Positions 1 through 13,409 of a stretch of 64,000 bases of DNA are shown here, piece after piece. The stretch is taken from contig NC_135881.1 of NCBI RefSeq assembly GCF_964194155.1, positions 197,222,001 to 197,286,000 of the forward strand. The letters are read 5' to 3'. A program made the position numbers and the translations under genes. How positions within the stretch are numbered: position 1 is the first letter of the stretch; each line of letters starts with the position of its first letter. Under the pieces are notes generated by a model, which had not been told where the DNA came from, did not search any database, and worked only from the letters and a program-made list of their open reading frames with translations. This stretch comes from Cetorhinus maximus (lineage: Eukaryota).

Positions 1-138
1 TTAGATAATTTTCTGAAGCGAAAGATTTGCAGGGCTACAGTGGGAAAAGGCAGTTTATTGGACTAGGTGCGTTGCTCTTCAAGAGAGCCGGTATGGACAC
101 AAAAAGTCGAATGGTCTCCTTCCGTGCTGTTATCACTC
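1..138 (+). mobile_element. CR1-type LINE/SINE 3' end fragment
   Basis: Resembles the 3' UTRs of other CR1 copies in the window (…GAATGGTCTCCTTCCGTGCTGT). Confidence 0.5.
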
Positions 139-142
139 CCTA

Positions 143-813
143 GGCTGGATCTTACAGTTTTCGGTAAGATCCAGGGAAGCAGAATGGAAAGTGAATGGTC
201 AGCTCACTTCCGTCCCTGTCATCTCAGCATGGTGAATCGTGCCAGATGGCCAATTAGTGGTGCGAAGGAGTGCTCCGCTCCAAATAGGGCATCTAGGCTG
301 GGACTTTCTGTGGGAGAGGGGTGATGCCGTGACCAGGAAGACCCTCAAGGCTACAAATTTAAAGGCCCCCAACCTCTCAGCCTCTCTTTAACTTCTTATG
401 TCAGCCTTTTAACAGTGAGTAAATTAAGTTAAAAAACAAACTGATGCTACCTCATTCACCAGCAGATTCTGCTACTACATGCAGCCATGATTCCTGTGGC
501 AGGACTTTTCTTCCGCCTTGTGCCACCTTCTCATAACCGTTATAAAGCACTCCTAAACTTTTTCCCATCCGACATTCGAAAAATATGCCGGGCAACAAAA
601 GATTCCATACAATTGGCTCTTTAACAAGCTCAATAGCTTGTTAATTGCTATTTCAAAATGGCGGACAGGCTTCCAATTTCCATGCCCACTCACCTTCCAT
701 AATATCCTAGACCGGAGCGATGACGTCATATTGCCAATGTCATCAAGCCATGTGTTAAGCATGCACATGGTTGAGTGGGGGGAGAGTTGGTGGAGGCGTG
801 TAAAATCCATCCC
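143..813. mobile_element. MITE-like element with ~14-bp imperfect TIRs and TA flanks
   Basis: TA-GGCTGGATCTTACA … TGTAAAATCCATCCC-TA. Confidence 0.5.
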
Positions 814-1049
814 TATGATTCAGTGCATTCTTGTTATTGGAACAATTAAATTTGTTCAGACCAAATGTCGAGTTAATATTCATCAATTAGCTTAGCAACA
901 AGATCTTCTATGAACATTTTGTCATTTCAAATTTGTTGATCAATATAATCGTATATTGATGTTGAACATCGGTGATACTGATACTGCAAATTTTGGGCCA
1001 TTTTGGGCCATTTTATATATGGAACACCAATACTTACAAATCAAGATTA

Positions 1050-1315
1050 TTGAGCATCAGGTACATAGGAACATCAGCTCCAGAGTCCCCTCCTAGTCAT
1101 ACATCATTCCAACTTCAGAGCATATCACCATTTCTTCACCATAACTGGATCAAAATCCTGGAGCACTCTACTTAACAGTATTGTGGGAGTAACTTCACCA
1201 CCAGGCTACAATGGTTCAAGAAAAAGGGCTACCATCTTCTCAAGGGCAGCTAGGGATGGGCAATAAATGCTGACTTTATCAGTAATGCACCTAATCCAAG
1301 ACTGAATAAAACAAA
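1050..1315 (+). mobile_element. CR1/L2-superclade LINE 3' end (same family as 14690-15570 and 55665-56680)
   Basis: Shared tail CACCATCTTCTCAAGGGCAGCTAGGGATGGGCAATAAATGCTG…GAATAAAA. Confidence 0.6.
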
Positions 1316-2539
1316 ATGATAATGGAGCCTCCATTATTCCAGACTCCATCTTCTCAATTATTTACAGAAATATTTGGAAGTCTTGCTCCCATTGTTCCTC
1401 ACTAACCACTTGATTAATGTGTCCTCTGTTAGGTGATTCCATTTCCTCTTTTCTGCGCATAAGACTACATTCTTTTTAATGGTATATTACAATGGTCTTG
1501 ATTTGCATGCCTAGGGTTGGGATATTGCTGTAACATATTGGCAGATTGGACTGCAGTGGTTCAAGAAGGCTGCTCACCATCACCTTCTCAAGGACATTTC
1601 TCTTGTTGATCATTGCTCTTGTGGTATCCGACAGTTTAAGTGATTACAAAGGATTTTGCCTCCACTATTCCATCCAGTTCATTAAAAGTGGTAACCATTC
1701 TGGGTGAATCAGAGCCTCAAGATTTCAGTTTTTAAATTTGCATTTGCAGAGAGGCCACTCTGCTTTGTACCTGCTTCATGAAGAAGCCTTAAATCAGCAT
1801 CCCAAGGTATGAGGAACTAAAATCAACTGATGTCAAACTAGAGACACCCATGAAGAAAACTTGAAGAATAAGTTGAATAAGCTTCAATGCTGGCTTGGAA
1901 GTTGAGGAATCCAGAGTGAGTGGAAGTCCATTGCAAGGTCTCTGAAGAAATTGCTGCAGTTTTAAAGGTTTTTTTAAAAAAAGGAAACGTAAGGACCAGT
2001 GGACAATAAAAAGCTGTAACAGTGAAATGAAACACAGGCTGCGAGTACAACACTTTTAAACATTTTGGAAATGCTGAGTTTTTCTAAGCACGCTAAACTC
2101 AAAGGGAAATAGCTTCAAACACATTTTAAATAAGGAGAGCAGATTTTCTCCCAAACTAAAACAAAGGCATAACCAAGTTTCCAAGCCCACTGCAGTGCAG
2201 CTCAGCACAAAAAACACTGCACCTGCATTGATACATTTGTTGCAAAATACAGCACCTGCAAAGCTTTTTCAAAGATCTGCCCAGCAACAAGAGCTCAGGA
2301 AACACAGGGAAGCCAACTGTACCCTAGCAACTGCAGCCTGAGTAAAAAAAGGTTACTGCCTTAAAGCGGCAATCACATTTAAAGTGGTAAATACAAGGAG
2401 AAAGAAAACAGCTTTGAATAGCAAATTAGATTTTGCTGTTGGGGGATTTGAAAAATAACCGTTGCGAGGACATAATGAGAGTTAATTAACATTTTATTGT
2501 GTTTACTTAAATTCCAATTTTGGTGCAATAGATAAATAA

Positions 2540-5500
2540 TTTGAGGCTTGACAGGGTTGCATCAAGTGCACATCTGGTACCATATGGGGACTCCAGGACG
2601 CTACCCATGTCCTGGACAACTACATGACCAGAAAGTGCCGCCAAATGGAAAAACTCAAGCACCGTATTTTGGAACTTGAGGAGCAGCTGGTGTCACTGAG
2701 GAGCATTCATGGGGATGAGAGCCAAGTGGGTAACACATTTCAGAAGGTAGTCATCCATCAGCTTAAGAAAAAGCAGGCAGAGGGGGATTGGGCGGCCGTC
2801 AGATGGACAAGAAAGGCAAGGCAGGTAGTGCAACAGACCCCTGAGGGCATCCCACTTTTTAACAGGTACTTAGTTTTGAATACCAATGGGGGAGGGGGTT
2901 CCTCTGGAGAGAGCAGCGAGAGTCATGACCAGAGCACCACGGGTGGTTCGGTTGTGCAGGGAGGGATGAGAAAAGAAAGAGAACAATAGTGGTAGGGGAT
3001 TCTTTAGTTAGGAAAAAGACAGGCACTTCTGCAGTCGCAGGCGTGATTCCAGGATGGTATGTTGCCTTCCTGGTGTAAGGGTCATGGATATCACCAAGTT
3101 GCTTCAGAGCATTCTGGAGGGTGAGGGTGCACAGCCAGAGCTTGTGGTACACGATGGTACCAACAATATAGGTAGAAAAAGGATGAGGTCCTGCAGGCTG
3201 AGTTCAGAGCATTAGGAAAGAGATTAGCAAGCGGGACTGCAAAGGTAGTTAGCGCCGGATTACTTCCAAGGCCACGTGCTAGTGAATATGGAAATAGGAG
3301 AATACATCAGATGAATGCATGACTGGAGGGATGGTGCAGGAGAGAGGGCTTCAGATTTCTGGGGCATTGGGACCGGTTCTGGGGAAAGTGGGATCTGTAC
3401 ACACCGGACGGACGACACCTGAATAGGACCGGGACGAATGTCCATGTCGGGAGATTTGCTTGTTTTGTTGGCGAGGGTTTCAACTAGATTGGCAGGGGTA
3501 TGGAAACCTGAGGGCAGATTCAGATAGAACAAATTCAGAGCAGGGAGTAGAAGACGGAAAATTAACGGGAGATTCTGAAAGACAGAAGAAGCAACGGTTA
3601 AAAGGTTAACAGCACAGGAATTTGGCAATGTTAAAAGGTATTTATTCAAATACAAGGAGTATAGCAGACAAAGCCGATGAGCGGAGAGCACAGATAGATG
3701 GCAGACTGATATCTTTGCTATAACAGAAACTTGGCTTAAAGAGGGGCAAAAATGGCAGCTTGACATCCCTGGATGTAGGATTTTCAGGCAGGATGGAAAG
3801 GGGTTAAAAAAGGTGGGGATGTTTCATTATTGGTTCAAGGATCAATTATAGCTCTGAGGAAGGATGATATACTAAATGAATCATCAAATGACGCCATATG
3901 GGCTGAGCTCAGGAGTAAAAAGGAGGCAGGCACACTACTAGGAGTGTACTATAGACCCCCAAATAGTGAGAAGGAGAAGAGCAAATATGTAGGCAAATTT
4001 CTGAGTGCAAAAACAATAGGGCAGTAATAGTTGGGGACTTCAACTATCCTACCATCAACTGGGATACAAACAGCGTAATAGGCACAGAGGGCACAAAATT
4101 CTTGAACTGCATTCAAGAAAATGTTTTTTAGCTAGCACGTAACAAGCCCAATGAGAGGGAGTGCAATTCTAGATTTAGTATAAGGAAGTGAAGCTGGGCA
4201 AGTGAATGAAGTAGCAGTGGGTGACTATTTTGGAAATAGTGACGGATAGATTTATATAATAATACGGATAGATTTAATATAATTATGGAAAAGGATAAAG
4301 GTAGAACAGGAGTAAAAGTTCTAAATTGGGGAAAGACAAAATTTACAAAGCTGATAGCTGAATGTGGACTGGTTATAGCTACTTGAAGGGAAATCAGTGA
4401 CAGACCAGTGGGAGGCATTCAAAAGCGAGATTCAATGGGCACAATATATACACGTCCCCACAAAGAGAAAGGGCGGTACTGCCAAATCTAGAGTCCCCTG
4501 GTTAGCTAGAAGTATACAAGCTAATATAAAGCAAGAAAAGAAAGTCACAAAAAACTCAATACAGTAGAAAGCCTAGAGAAATATAGAAAGTAAGGGGTGA
4601 AGTAATAAAGATAATTAGGAAAGCAAAGAGAGGATATGAAAAATAATGGCCGGTAAAATCAAAGAAAAACCCAAAGAAATTTTACCAGTACATAAAGAGC
4701 AAGAGAATAACTAAGGAAAGGGCAGGGCCGATCAGAGATGTATATGGTAACTTGTGCTCTGATGCTGAAGATGTAGGCAGGGTTCTCAATGAGTATCTTG
4801 TCTCTGTCTTCATTAAGGAGAGGGATGAAGCAGATATTCTAGTTAAAGAGGAGGAGTGTGAAATATTAAATACAATAAGCATAATGAGAGGGGAAATACT
4901 GGAGGGACTGACATCCTTGAAGGTGGATAAGTCACCAGGGCCGGATGGATTGTATTCCAGGCTGTTAAAGGAAGCCAGGGAGGAAATAGCAGATGCTCCG
5001 AGGGTCATTTTCTAATCCTCACTAGGTACAGGTGAGGTACCAGAGGGTTGGAGGTCTGCAAACGTTGTACTATTATTTAAAAAGGGTGTGAGGGATAGAC
5101 CAAATAATTAAAGGCCAGTCAGTCTGACTTCGGTGGTGGGCAAATTATTAGAGTGAATTCTGAGAGACAGGATAAACTGTCACTTAGAAAGGAACAGATT
5201 AATCAAGGATAGTCAGCACGGTTTTGTTAGTGGAAGGTCGTCTCTTACTAACTTGATCAAATTTTTTGAGGAAGTAACAAGGAGGATATGATGAGGGTAG
5301 TGCAGTGGATGTTATCTACTTGGATTTTAGCAAGGCATTTGACAAGGTCCCACACTGCAGATTGGTCAGAAAAGTAAAAGCCCATGGGAGACAGTGGAAT
5401 GTGGCGAGTTGGATTCCAAATTGGCTCAGCGACAGGAAACAAAGGGTAATGGTTGATGGATGTTTTTGCGAATGGAAAACGGTTTCTAGTGGTGTTCCAC

Positions 5501-6492
5501 AGGGCTCAGTGTTGGGTCCCTTGCTGTTTGCTGTATATATTAATAATTTGGACTTAAATGTGGGTGGCATGATTGGGAAATTTGCAGATGACACAAGAAT
5601 TGACTATGTAGTTGATAGTGAATAGGATAGCTGTTGTATCCAGGATGATATTGATGGTTTGGTTGAGCAGGCAGAGAAGTGGCAGATGAAATTCAATCCA
5701 GAGAAGTGTGAGGTAATGCGTTTGGGGAAGGCAAACAAAGCTAGGGAATACACAATAAATGGGAGGATATTGAGAGGGGTAGAGGAAGTGAGAGGACTTG
5801 GTGTGCATGTCCACAGGTCCCTGAAGGTAGCAGGGCAGGTGGTAAAGAAAGCATATGTAATGCTTTCCTTTATTGGATGAGGTACACAATTTAAAAGCAA
5901 GGATGTAATGGTGGAACTGTAAAAAATGCTGGTTAGGCCACAGCTAGAATTTTGTGTATTTTGTCCTGGTCACCACATTACAGAAAGGACATAATTGCTT
6001 TGGTTAGAGTACAGAGGAGATTTACAAGAATGTTGCCAGGGTTTGAAAATTGCAGCTATGTGGAAAGATTGGATAGGCTGAGGTTGTTTTCCTTGGCATT
6101 GAGCAGTGACCTGATTGAGGTGTCCTAGATTATAAGGGGCCTAGATAGAGTAGACAGGGATGCCCCGTTTTCCCTAGCAGAGGTGTCAATTACCAGGGGG
6201 CACAGATTTAAGGTGATTGGTGGGAGGATTAGAAGGGACATGAGAAAAACTTCTTCACCCAGAGTGCAGTGGGTGCTTGGAATTCACTGCCTGGTTTGGT
6301 AATGGAGGCAGAAACCCTCAACTCATTTAAAAGGCACGTGGATCTGCACATAAAGTGCTGTAACCTGCAAGGCTATGGACCAGGTGCTAGAAAGTGGGAC
6401 TAAAATGGGCAGCTAGTTTTTTTATTTTTCGGCCGGTGCAGACATGATGGCCTCTTTCTGTGCTGCAACTTTTTATGATGCTATGGTTCTAT
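2540..6492 (+). mobile_element. Near-full-length degenerate CR1 LINE (ORF1 with SGNH esterase domain; ORF2 APE endonuclease-RT)
   Basis: ORF1 motifs VVGDSLVR, CCLPG, VVHDGTNN and DGRHLN. ORF2 motifs AITETWL, GVYYRPPNS, VGDFN, KSPGPDG, DVIYLDFSKAFDKVPH, SGVPQGSVLGP, KFADDT and WQMKFNPEKC. Many stops and frameshifts; short-repeat tail at ~6470-6490. Confidence 0.92.
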
Positions 6493-7377
6493 ATCAGCAG
6501 GTTCAAAATATGCGGACTCTCATTATTAATTTGGAATGAGCGCCCCCTGCATGATAATTATGTATTCAGTTATTGCATATCATGTACATTTGATAGTTTT
6601 GGCTATGCAATCACTAAACACATCACAGCAATCCATGTGGTTGATCAAATAAATTGCACAATATACCCAGGAAAGTCGTTTTCAGCAAATGGGCACAGGA
6701 ATCTTTCCAGGATAAAAAAGGTCGTTCATGGAGTACTGATGTTCCCTGCGCTGCTGCTGAAACGCTTCTGGCAAAGTTTATCGCCAATGCTTCGATATCT
6801 GGGCATTCACTCAGCTTAACTTAGGATCACTTATCAAAATTATTAGAGTGTCTAGGATTCAAGGGAGTATTTAACCTTGTGCGACAAATTACTCATCCTT
6901 GACTGTTGTACAAGAGTAGTCACAAAGATCACTATTGTTTGTCATTTTACCCAATTCTAATGTAATTCAAAAACTGACAAAGCTTTCTGGCTTGAAAGTA
7001 TAATTACACAACACTGAATATTATCAGTAATTCTAGTACAGCCTATTTCTAACGCCATTATCTATAGCAATTTCCTACATTACTAACACCAGCAATAGGT
7101 TAGGTTCTACATCATTATTGCAAAGGTCTAAGTGTAGCCTCAAAACCTCCAAAGTCATTACGCAAATAAAACCACACCGAGAAATAATTATATTATCTAG
7201 GAATATTGAATGAAACACAAAATGCTTCAGGGACCCCTGTCATTGTGCACCGCAACTGCCCTTCCTGCCCGATTGAGCCCAGAGACAATTTGAAGTCCAG
7301 AAGCCAGATCAGACACACTGGAAATTTTAACTTCTGTCTGTGCATCAGTAAATGTGAAGTAATAACTAATAAATAGA

Positions 7378-7577
7378 TCTGAAAGCATCTGTGGAGAGAA
7401 AGACAGAGTTAACATTTCGAGTCCAGATGACTTTTCTTCAGACTCCAGTCATCTGTACTCGAAACTTTAACTCTGTCTTTCTCTCCGCAGATGCTGTCAG
7501 ACCTGCTGAGTTTTTCCAGCAATTTTTGTTTTTGTTTCAGATTTCCAGCATCCACAGTATTTTGCTTTTTACTTTAG
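7378..7577 (+). mobile_element. Penelope-derived short fold-back element with hammerhead motif
   Basis: Inverted arms around ~7445; 13-bp TSD ACTAATAAATAGA (7365-7377 / 7578-7590); homologous to the 3' end of the PLE at 31328-32927. Confidence 0.85.
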
Positions 7578-9633
7578 ACTAATAAATAGAATTGGATTCA
7601 TCAAAACAATGCTAGGTTCAGGAAGACACTGGCCATATGGGAACCATATCAGTTAATCACTTGTCACAGTCTGAATAAAAGGGCCTCCACATGCAGGCTT
7701 CATGTACTCCCCAGTAGCCATTCTTTGCAGCAAAGGTGTGGGGTAGGGGGTGATTTCTAATTTAAAAAGAACACTGATTTCAGTTTACATTTTAGAAGTT
7801 TCTGCAAAGCTCATTTAAAAATTGGACAGTTATCAACCCTATCGTGCTGCATGATCTGTATTAAGCAATTCAATTAGGGATATTTATTTTATGATAGCTG
7901 GTTCTCAATGGGGAAGTTTAATTGTAATTGTGTTTCCCTCGTTGTGAGATCTTGCCTAGCCTGCAAATATAAAACTATACAGATCATTCAGCAGCTATTA
8001 CATCACTCCTAATGCTGAATCTTTCAGGGGAGCAGTGGGTAATGGTGAGAACAATGGCTGAGTAAAGGAGCAGGAAATACTGGAGATCTTTCTTTCAAAT
8101 TGTTAGCAATCCCCTGTAAACTATCTATCGGGTTTAAAAGTGCCATTAAAAGATATGAGTCATGATAGAAGTAAGCCAATGTGCAGCAATGTTTTTTTGC
8201 TAAATTATGTGAGAATAATGCTATTGTAGGCCCTTATTCTGCACCATTTCATTAATTTAGCATTACCATATAGCTATTCCCTTTGCCCTCCTAATGTGTT
8301 CCCAAAAAATGGCATTCTAAATGAAAATCAATTTCCCCTAAGAAAACGTGTAAGAAGGGCTCTTGACCTGTAGTTTTACATTTAAAACCTATTGTCTATC
8401 TGGCCCAAAAATCCTATTTCTAACTTTTCCTCACTTGTTAACTCAACTACTTAAGAAGTCTTAATAACTTGCCTACTCTTTCTACTGCTTCCAGCTTGCC
8501 GCTTTCAGCTCGCTGCTTCTCTCCTGGAGCCTCCTGCTCATCGCTTCCCTACCCCGACCACCCAGCTCGATACTTCCCTCTCTACCCGTTACCTCTCCTT
8601 CTCTCCGGCCCTCCTGCTTGCCGACTTTTCCACTCGCCACTTCCCTCTCCCAACCCTCCTGTTTGCAACATACCTTTTGCTCATCATATCCCACCCCCCT
8701 CCCCCCGACTCTCCTGCTCCTTCTTGTTTGCCATTTCCCTTTCCCGAACTCAGTTTGAACGAGGGCTTGGGAGAGAGATGGTGAGTGGGAAAGCGAGCAA
8801 GGGAGGGAGGGCGATGGGCTCTGAGTTGGAGGTAGGGAGCAGGTCAGGGAGGGAAACAGCGAGTGGGAAGGTTGGCGAGTAGGAGGTGACAAGTGGGAGG
8901 AGTCAGCAAGCAGGATAAGCAGGAGGGTTGGGGAGAGGAGCTGCCAGTGGGAGAGGGAAGTGGGAAGGTCAGGAGAGGGAATTGGCAAAGTGGCCATTTG
9001 TTTTTTAAAAAGACTGCGCATGCTTAGTAACCGTGCTAACACAAAAATGGAGGCAGCGTCTGGATTTCTGCATTTAACTGCGTATGTGCATACTCCAGAA
9101 GTTGTCAGATTTCCTCCATTATAATAGTGAATGCTGATGGCCTCGCCAATATTTTCATTGTAAATTCGGGTCTACACCCTATGCATGTGAATGTTGGGGA
9201 CACTTTGTGAAAAGCCTGCAGAAGCAGAATCTTAAACGCACATTGTATAGAGCATGGATTGACATTTGGTCAGATATACCAGTGTACATTAAGATTACGA
9301 TAGTCACTGGTGTATAACTAATGGTGTTTGTCCAGTAGACCATTGTTAATTTTAAGTTCCATTAAAATGGGTGGAAATGCACGCACAATTCTTTTTAAAC
9401 CAAAAGAAAAATTGATCTTTCCAAAGCTGGTCTTAACCAGTTCTGATCAAGCAGTAGAGTTCACATATTCAGTAGTTGTCCCTAAACATTCCATTTACTG
9501 TCTTTTGACAGACATGGATTCCATCTTAATTTATGCAATTCGAGCAAATGATAATTGACAATTCTGTGGTATGTTAACCTATTCACTCCACCTGAGGTGT
9601 ATAATTAAGCTAAGAGAAATGGGCCTACATAAT

Positions 9634-10228
9634 CAAAAACAAAAATACCTGGAAAAACTCAGCAGGTCTGACAGCATCTGCGGAGAGGAACAAAGTTAAC
9701 GTTTCGAGTCCGTATGACTCTTCAACAGAACTAAGGAAAAATAGAAAAGAGGTGAAATATAAGCTGGTTTAAGGGGGGTGGGACGGGTAGAGCTGGATAG
9801 AGGGCCAGTGATAGGTGGAGATAACCAAAAGATGTCATAGACAAAAGGACAAAGAGGTGTGAAAGCTGGTGATATTATCTAAGGAATGTGATAATAAAGG
9901 TACAGATAGCCCTAGTGGGGGTGGGGTTGGTTATCACATTCCTTAGATAATATCACCAACTTCAACACCTCTTTGTTCTTTTGTCTCTGACATCTTTTGG
10001 TTATCTCCACCTATCACTGGCCCTCTATCCAGCTCTACCTGTCCCACCCCCCTTTAAACCAGCTTATATTTCACCTCTTTTCTATTTTTCCTTAGTTCTT
10101 TTGAAGAGTCATACGGACTCGAAACGTTAACTGTGTTCCTCTCCGCAGATGCTGTCAGGCCTGCTGAGTTTTTCCAGGTATTTTTGTTTTTGTTTTGGAT
10201 TTCCAGCATCCGCAGTTTTTTGTTTTTT
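9634..10228 (+). mobile_element. Penelope-derived fold-back element with ~260-bp inverted arms
   Basis: Left arm 9634-9892 is the reverse complement of ~9931-10196, with a ~38-nt spacer. The sequence matches the PLE 3' region at ~44880-45163. No clear TSD. Confidence 0.88.
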
Positions 10229-10867
10229 GCTTCTGTCTTACTGAATAATGACTCTTTGGAGAAGCCCGGTTTGTAGCTGACTGTTTTAAACATTTTTTGC
10301 TGAGGCTCACAAGGGGTCATTATCAGCGAGTCCTAGATCAGTTAAAAAATGGAATAGATAGAAATGCAGGAGAGTACTGTCAATAACTACCTTGACTTGT
10401 GCCTTTGGCACCTCCAGACTTGACTACTCCAGTGCTCTCAGGCTGGCCACGTACCAGTGTTACTGAAGAAAAGGGCAATTGTCCCCCATATTTGAAACAC
10501 TAATTCACCTTCTCCCCTTGACTATATTCTGACTGAGGCTATGTCGACCTCTATCAGTGCTACTCTGTAACTGGCTGTTGAATGTACAAGAGAACAGAAT
10601 GACTAATTTTCCAATTTTCCTCTTGTGCTGAATGCTTGGCTACACGCTCACTTTAAAATCATAATAAAAAATATTCATGCATCTTGATATCAGCAGATTA
10701 TAACACTTCAGATTTCAACAAATGCAAGCTACTGATGATTTGATTAAAATAAAGCAGTTTCAAAGCTCTTAAAAGCAGAACAGATCATGGTAGACATCAA
10801 TAAGGAAGGCTATTTGGCCCATCTGGTCTCATTCACACAGAAAAACATTATAGCTCCAGTCATGGAA

Positions 10868-11872
10868 TGTAACCTTCTGACTTTTGTCCCGGCCAGAAGA
10901 CAGGAAGGAAAATATATATCCACATCAACCTAGCTATTATTTTTAGTTTAAAAATGGACACACGGCTTTATCCTCACTAGCAGTGACTCATACCACAGGA
11001 ATTTCTAATCGTCAGAAACCAGCAGGGACTTCATTGTCTTTAAAGAGGTACTAATGCCCTCTGTGACTGCCGACAATCAAATTCCAAAGAAGTGCATCAA
11101 CATCCTTGCACATTTCTAAGGCAGAGCTCCAGCCAATGGAGACGGTGTGTCTGCAAAAGACAAAAGGGACCCTGACTCCCCTATTAAACACCTTGAGATT
11201 CCACACCTGGGAAAATACATCTTTTGTCCAGCATCCAGGGGAAGAAGTGGGAGGTATGGCGCATGACCTCTCCCCAGGCTGTTAGAACCTATAATATTGC
11301 CGTGACGAACTGAAATACCATTTTATCATCTAACAGGTAGCAGCAGAAAGAGCTCTGTCCAGGTAAAGTGCCTAGCCCTACATGGCAACTTCTGTATCTG
11401 TATCTTCAAGACTAATTCATCTCTACGTGCCTTCTCCCATCATGGAAGTCCTCGCTTCTGGAAAGACGGATCACCCTGCAATAGTTTCAGCCTGCTAACC
11501 TCTGATGGAATATGTCCCTGGGTGTTTTGATTCTGGACTTGCAAGAAATCATAACTCTTACTTTTATCATGGTCTTGCCCTGTATCCCTTTCTTTCTCTT
11601 ATCCCTCTTTTATTGTACGAGTGCAAACAGGGAGAGATGTTGCAAAACCCCTTCCTACGTTTTGTGTGTGTGTAAAAATAATTTACCTTATCTCAAGTTT
11701 GTTGTGGGAGGTTATTAATAGAGGATTTAGATCACTTCAAACTGAAGGGTTGGGGAAAACACACCACCACTTATAAAGGGGGAAATCAGAAGTCAAAACA
11801 CCTTTCTGTTTACAAACGGATAGTGAGAGGAGAAATCAGGGCTGTTCAAATCAATCCCTCTCCGGTCCGCTA
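10868..11872 (+). mobile_element. Probable degenerate solo LTR
   Basis: Begins TGTAAC, ~1 kb, with an LTR-like layout (TGTGTG tract, 3' CCCTCTCCGGTCCG) similar to the LTR at 35628. The right end and TSD are unclear. Confidence 0.4.
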
Positions 11873-12653
11873 TTCTACCTTGATGTCTATTTCTTGAATA
11901 AACATGCCTTGCATTAAGAACTTGCTGACATTATTCCAAAATTTGCCTTTTACTAGTTTAAACTTTCCTCGTCCAACTGACAATTTAACTTGAATTAGTG
12001 TCGCCAATTCTACATTTGTTATATCATTTGCTACTAATATACTGCTATAAGATCGTCTTTCTCCGCAACTGGTAGTAAGTCAAAACTAAGTATCAGTACA
12101 ATTCAAACCGCAGAATTCACTCCATGAACCTATATGTGATGATACCCATCAGCAACAAAACAAAAATACAATAAAATCATTCAAATTCCACTTGTGCATC
12201 TTGAGGTTGCACATGAATCACTTGCGTTTTCTCTCAGTTTTTTCCCAGTAAGCACTTGCTCAGGTTATTGCATTACAACACTACAACTGTACTGATTTAG
12301 TTTAATATTGAGAACTAGATTTTAATTAAAAAATGCTGGCAACTTATAAACATTTTCCCACCTCCTCACAACACCTAAATAGACTTGTAAATACAAAAGT
12401 GAACTTTGTCAGGATAGGACAATAGACTTAAATTATTCTACAATTTAAGCCCCTGAGAAAACAAAAGATCACACAATGTCGATTAGAAACATTAACAAAA
12501 AACAGTCTCTTTGGTTAAATCTTTCAACTGTTTGCCATTTAATTTAGAAATTCTGCAGCTTCCATAGTGAAATTTCTGCTTTATACTCAAACAGAACTTG
12601 AACAGCTTTATTTAACTCAGCTGTTGTGTGAAAACTTGGCACAAGTGCCTTAC

Positions 12654-12774
12654 CTGTCGTCGAATAACTTCTATGTTGGCTTTAGCCTTTTCTATTAGCT
12701 CTTGGATAACTTCAGGATTTGTCACATTTTTGTTCTCTCGAAAAGTATCCTTAATTCTCCGGAGTGCAAAGGTC
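12654..12774 (-). CDS. LYRM4: LYRM4 coding exon 2
   Basis: Acceptor ...TTTTTATCTTGAAG| and donor CAG|GTAAGG. The 121 nt complete the phase-2 codon (AG+G = R) and translate TFALRRIKDTFRENKNVTNPEVIQELIEKAKANIEVIRRQ, matching human [40 protein letters not shown]. 86+121 = 207 nt, in frame. Not in the ORF track. Confidence 0.95.
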
Positions 12775-13409
12775 CTTCAAGATAAAAAGCAGATTTAAGA
12801 GTTATTTTTAACACTTCCATTGATTTTGCATTTAAGGCCTTGTAGGGCAGCGCATTCCACATTCTCACAGCCTTTGTGTAAAAATATTTTGGGGGGCTTA
12901 CTTTTAACCTATTAACATGCTGTATAAAGTTTTAAATAATGTGTGAAACGCAATTAGACAAAATAGAAATTCAAAATAAGACTAAAGAGGACTGCATGAC
13001 GATCTATTAGACTTAGACCAGGTCATTTAGCATGTGCCATGTACCAACTGTTGCAACACGACTCCGTTGTAAATCAGTAAAGCCTTGAAACACTAAGATA
13101 CATATACAACAATGTACTCTTGCGTTCTTCTGAAACCTCCCTCCCCACACACACATGCAAGCTTTTGTCCAGACTGCAAACCATCTCCAACCCATTCGTG
13201 TGGAAAGTAAGAATCAACTCAACAGTGATTTGTTAAGATTTCAATGCCCTTCCACTCCCATCTTGTTCTATTCCTCACCTTCCTACTACCATAATACCTG
13301 TCAGGAAGGGGGATAGTACGACACACTGATAGATGATGAATATTTAATATCCTTTTATTTTGTACACAAGACATGAGGACAACAAAATTAAGTACCACCT
13401 GTAATATTA

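Noticed and set aside
553-810. Possible LYRM4 last exon (KSQLYG resembles GQLY)
   Set aside because: It lies inside a TIR-bounded repeat, with no further similarity to the LYRM4 C-terminus and no suitable acceptor. The final exon is probably outside the window.
8469-9042. 137-aa and 186-aa ORFs
   Set aside because: Products of stop-poor low-complexity sequence with no recognisable domain.
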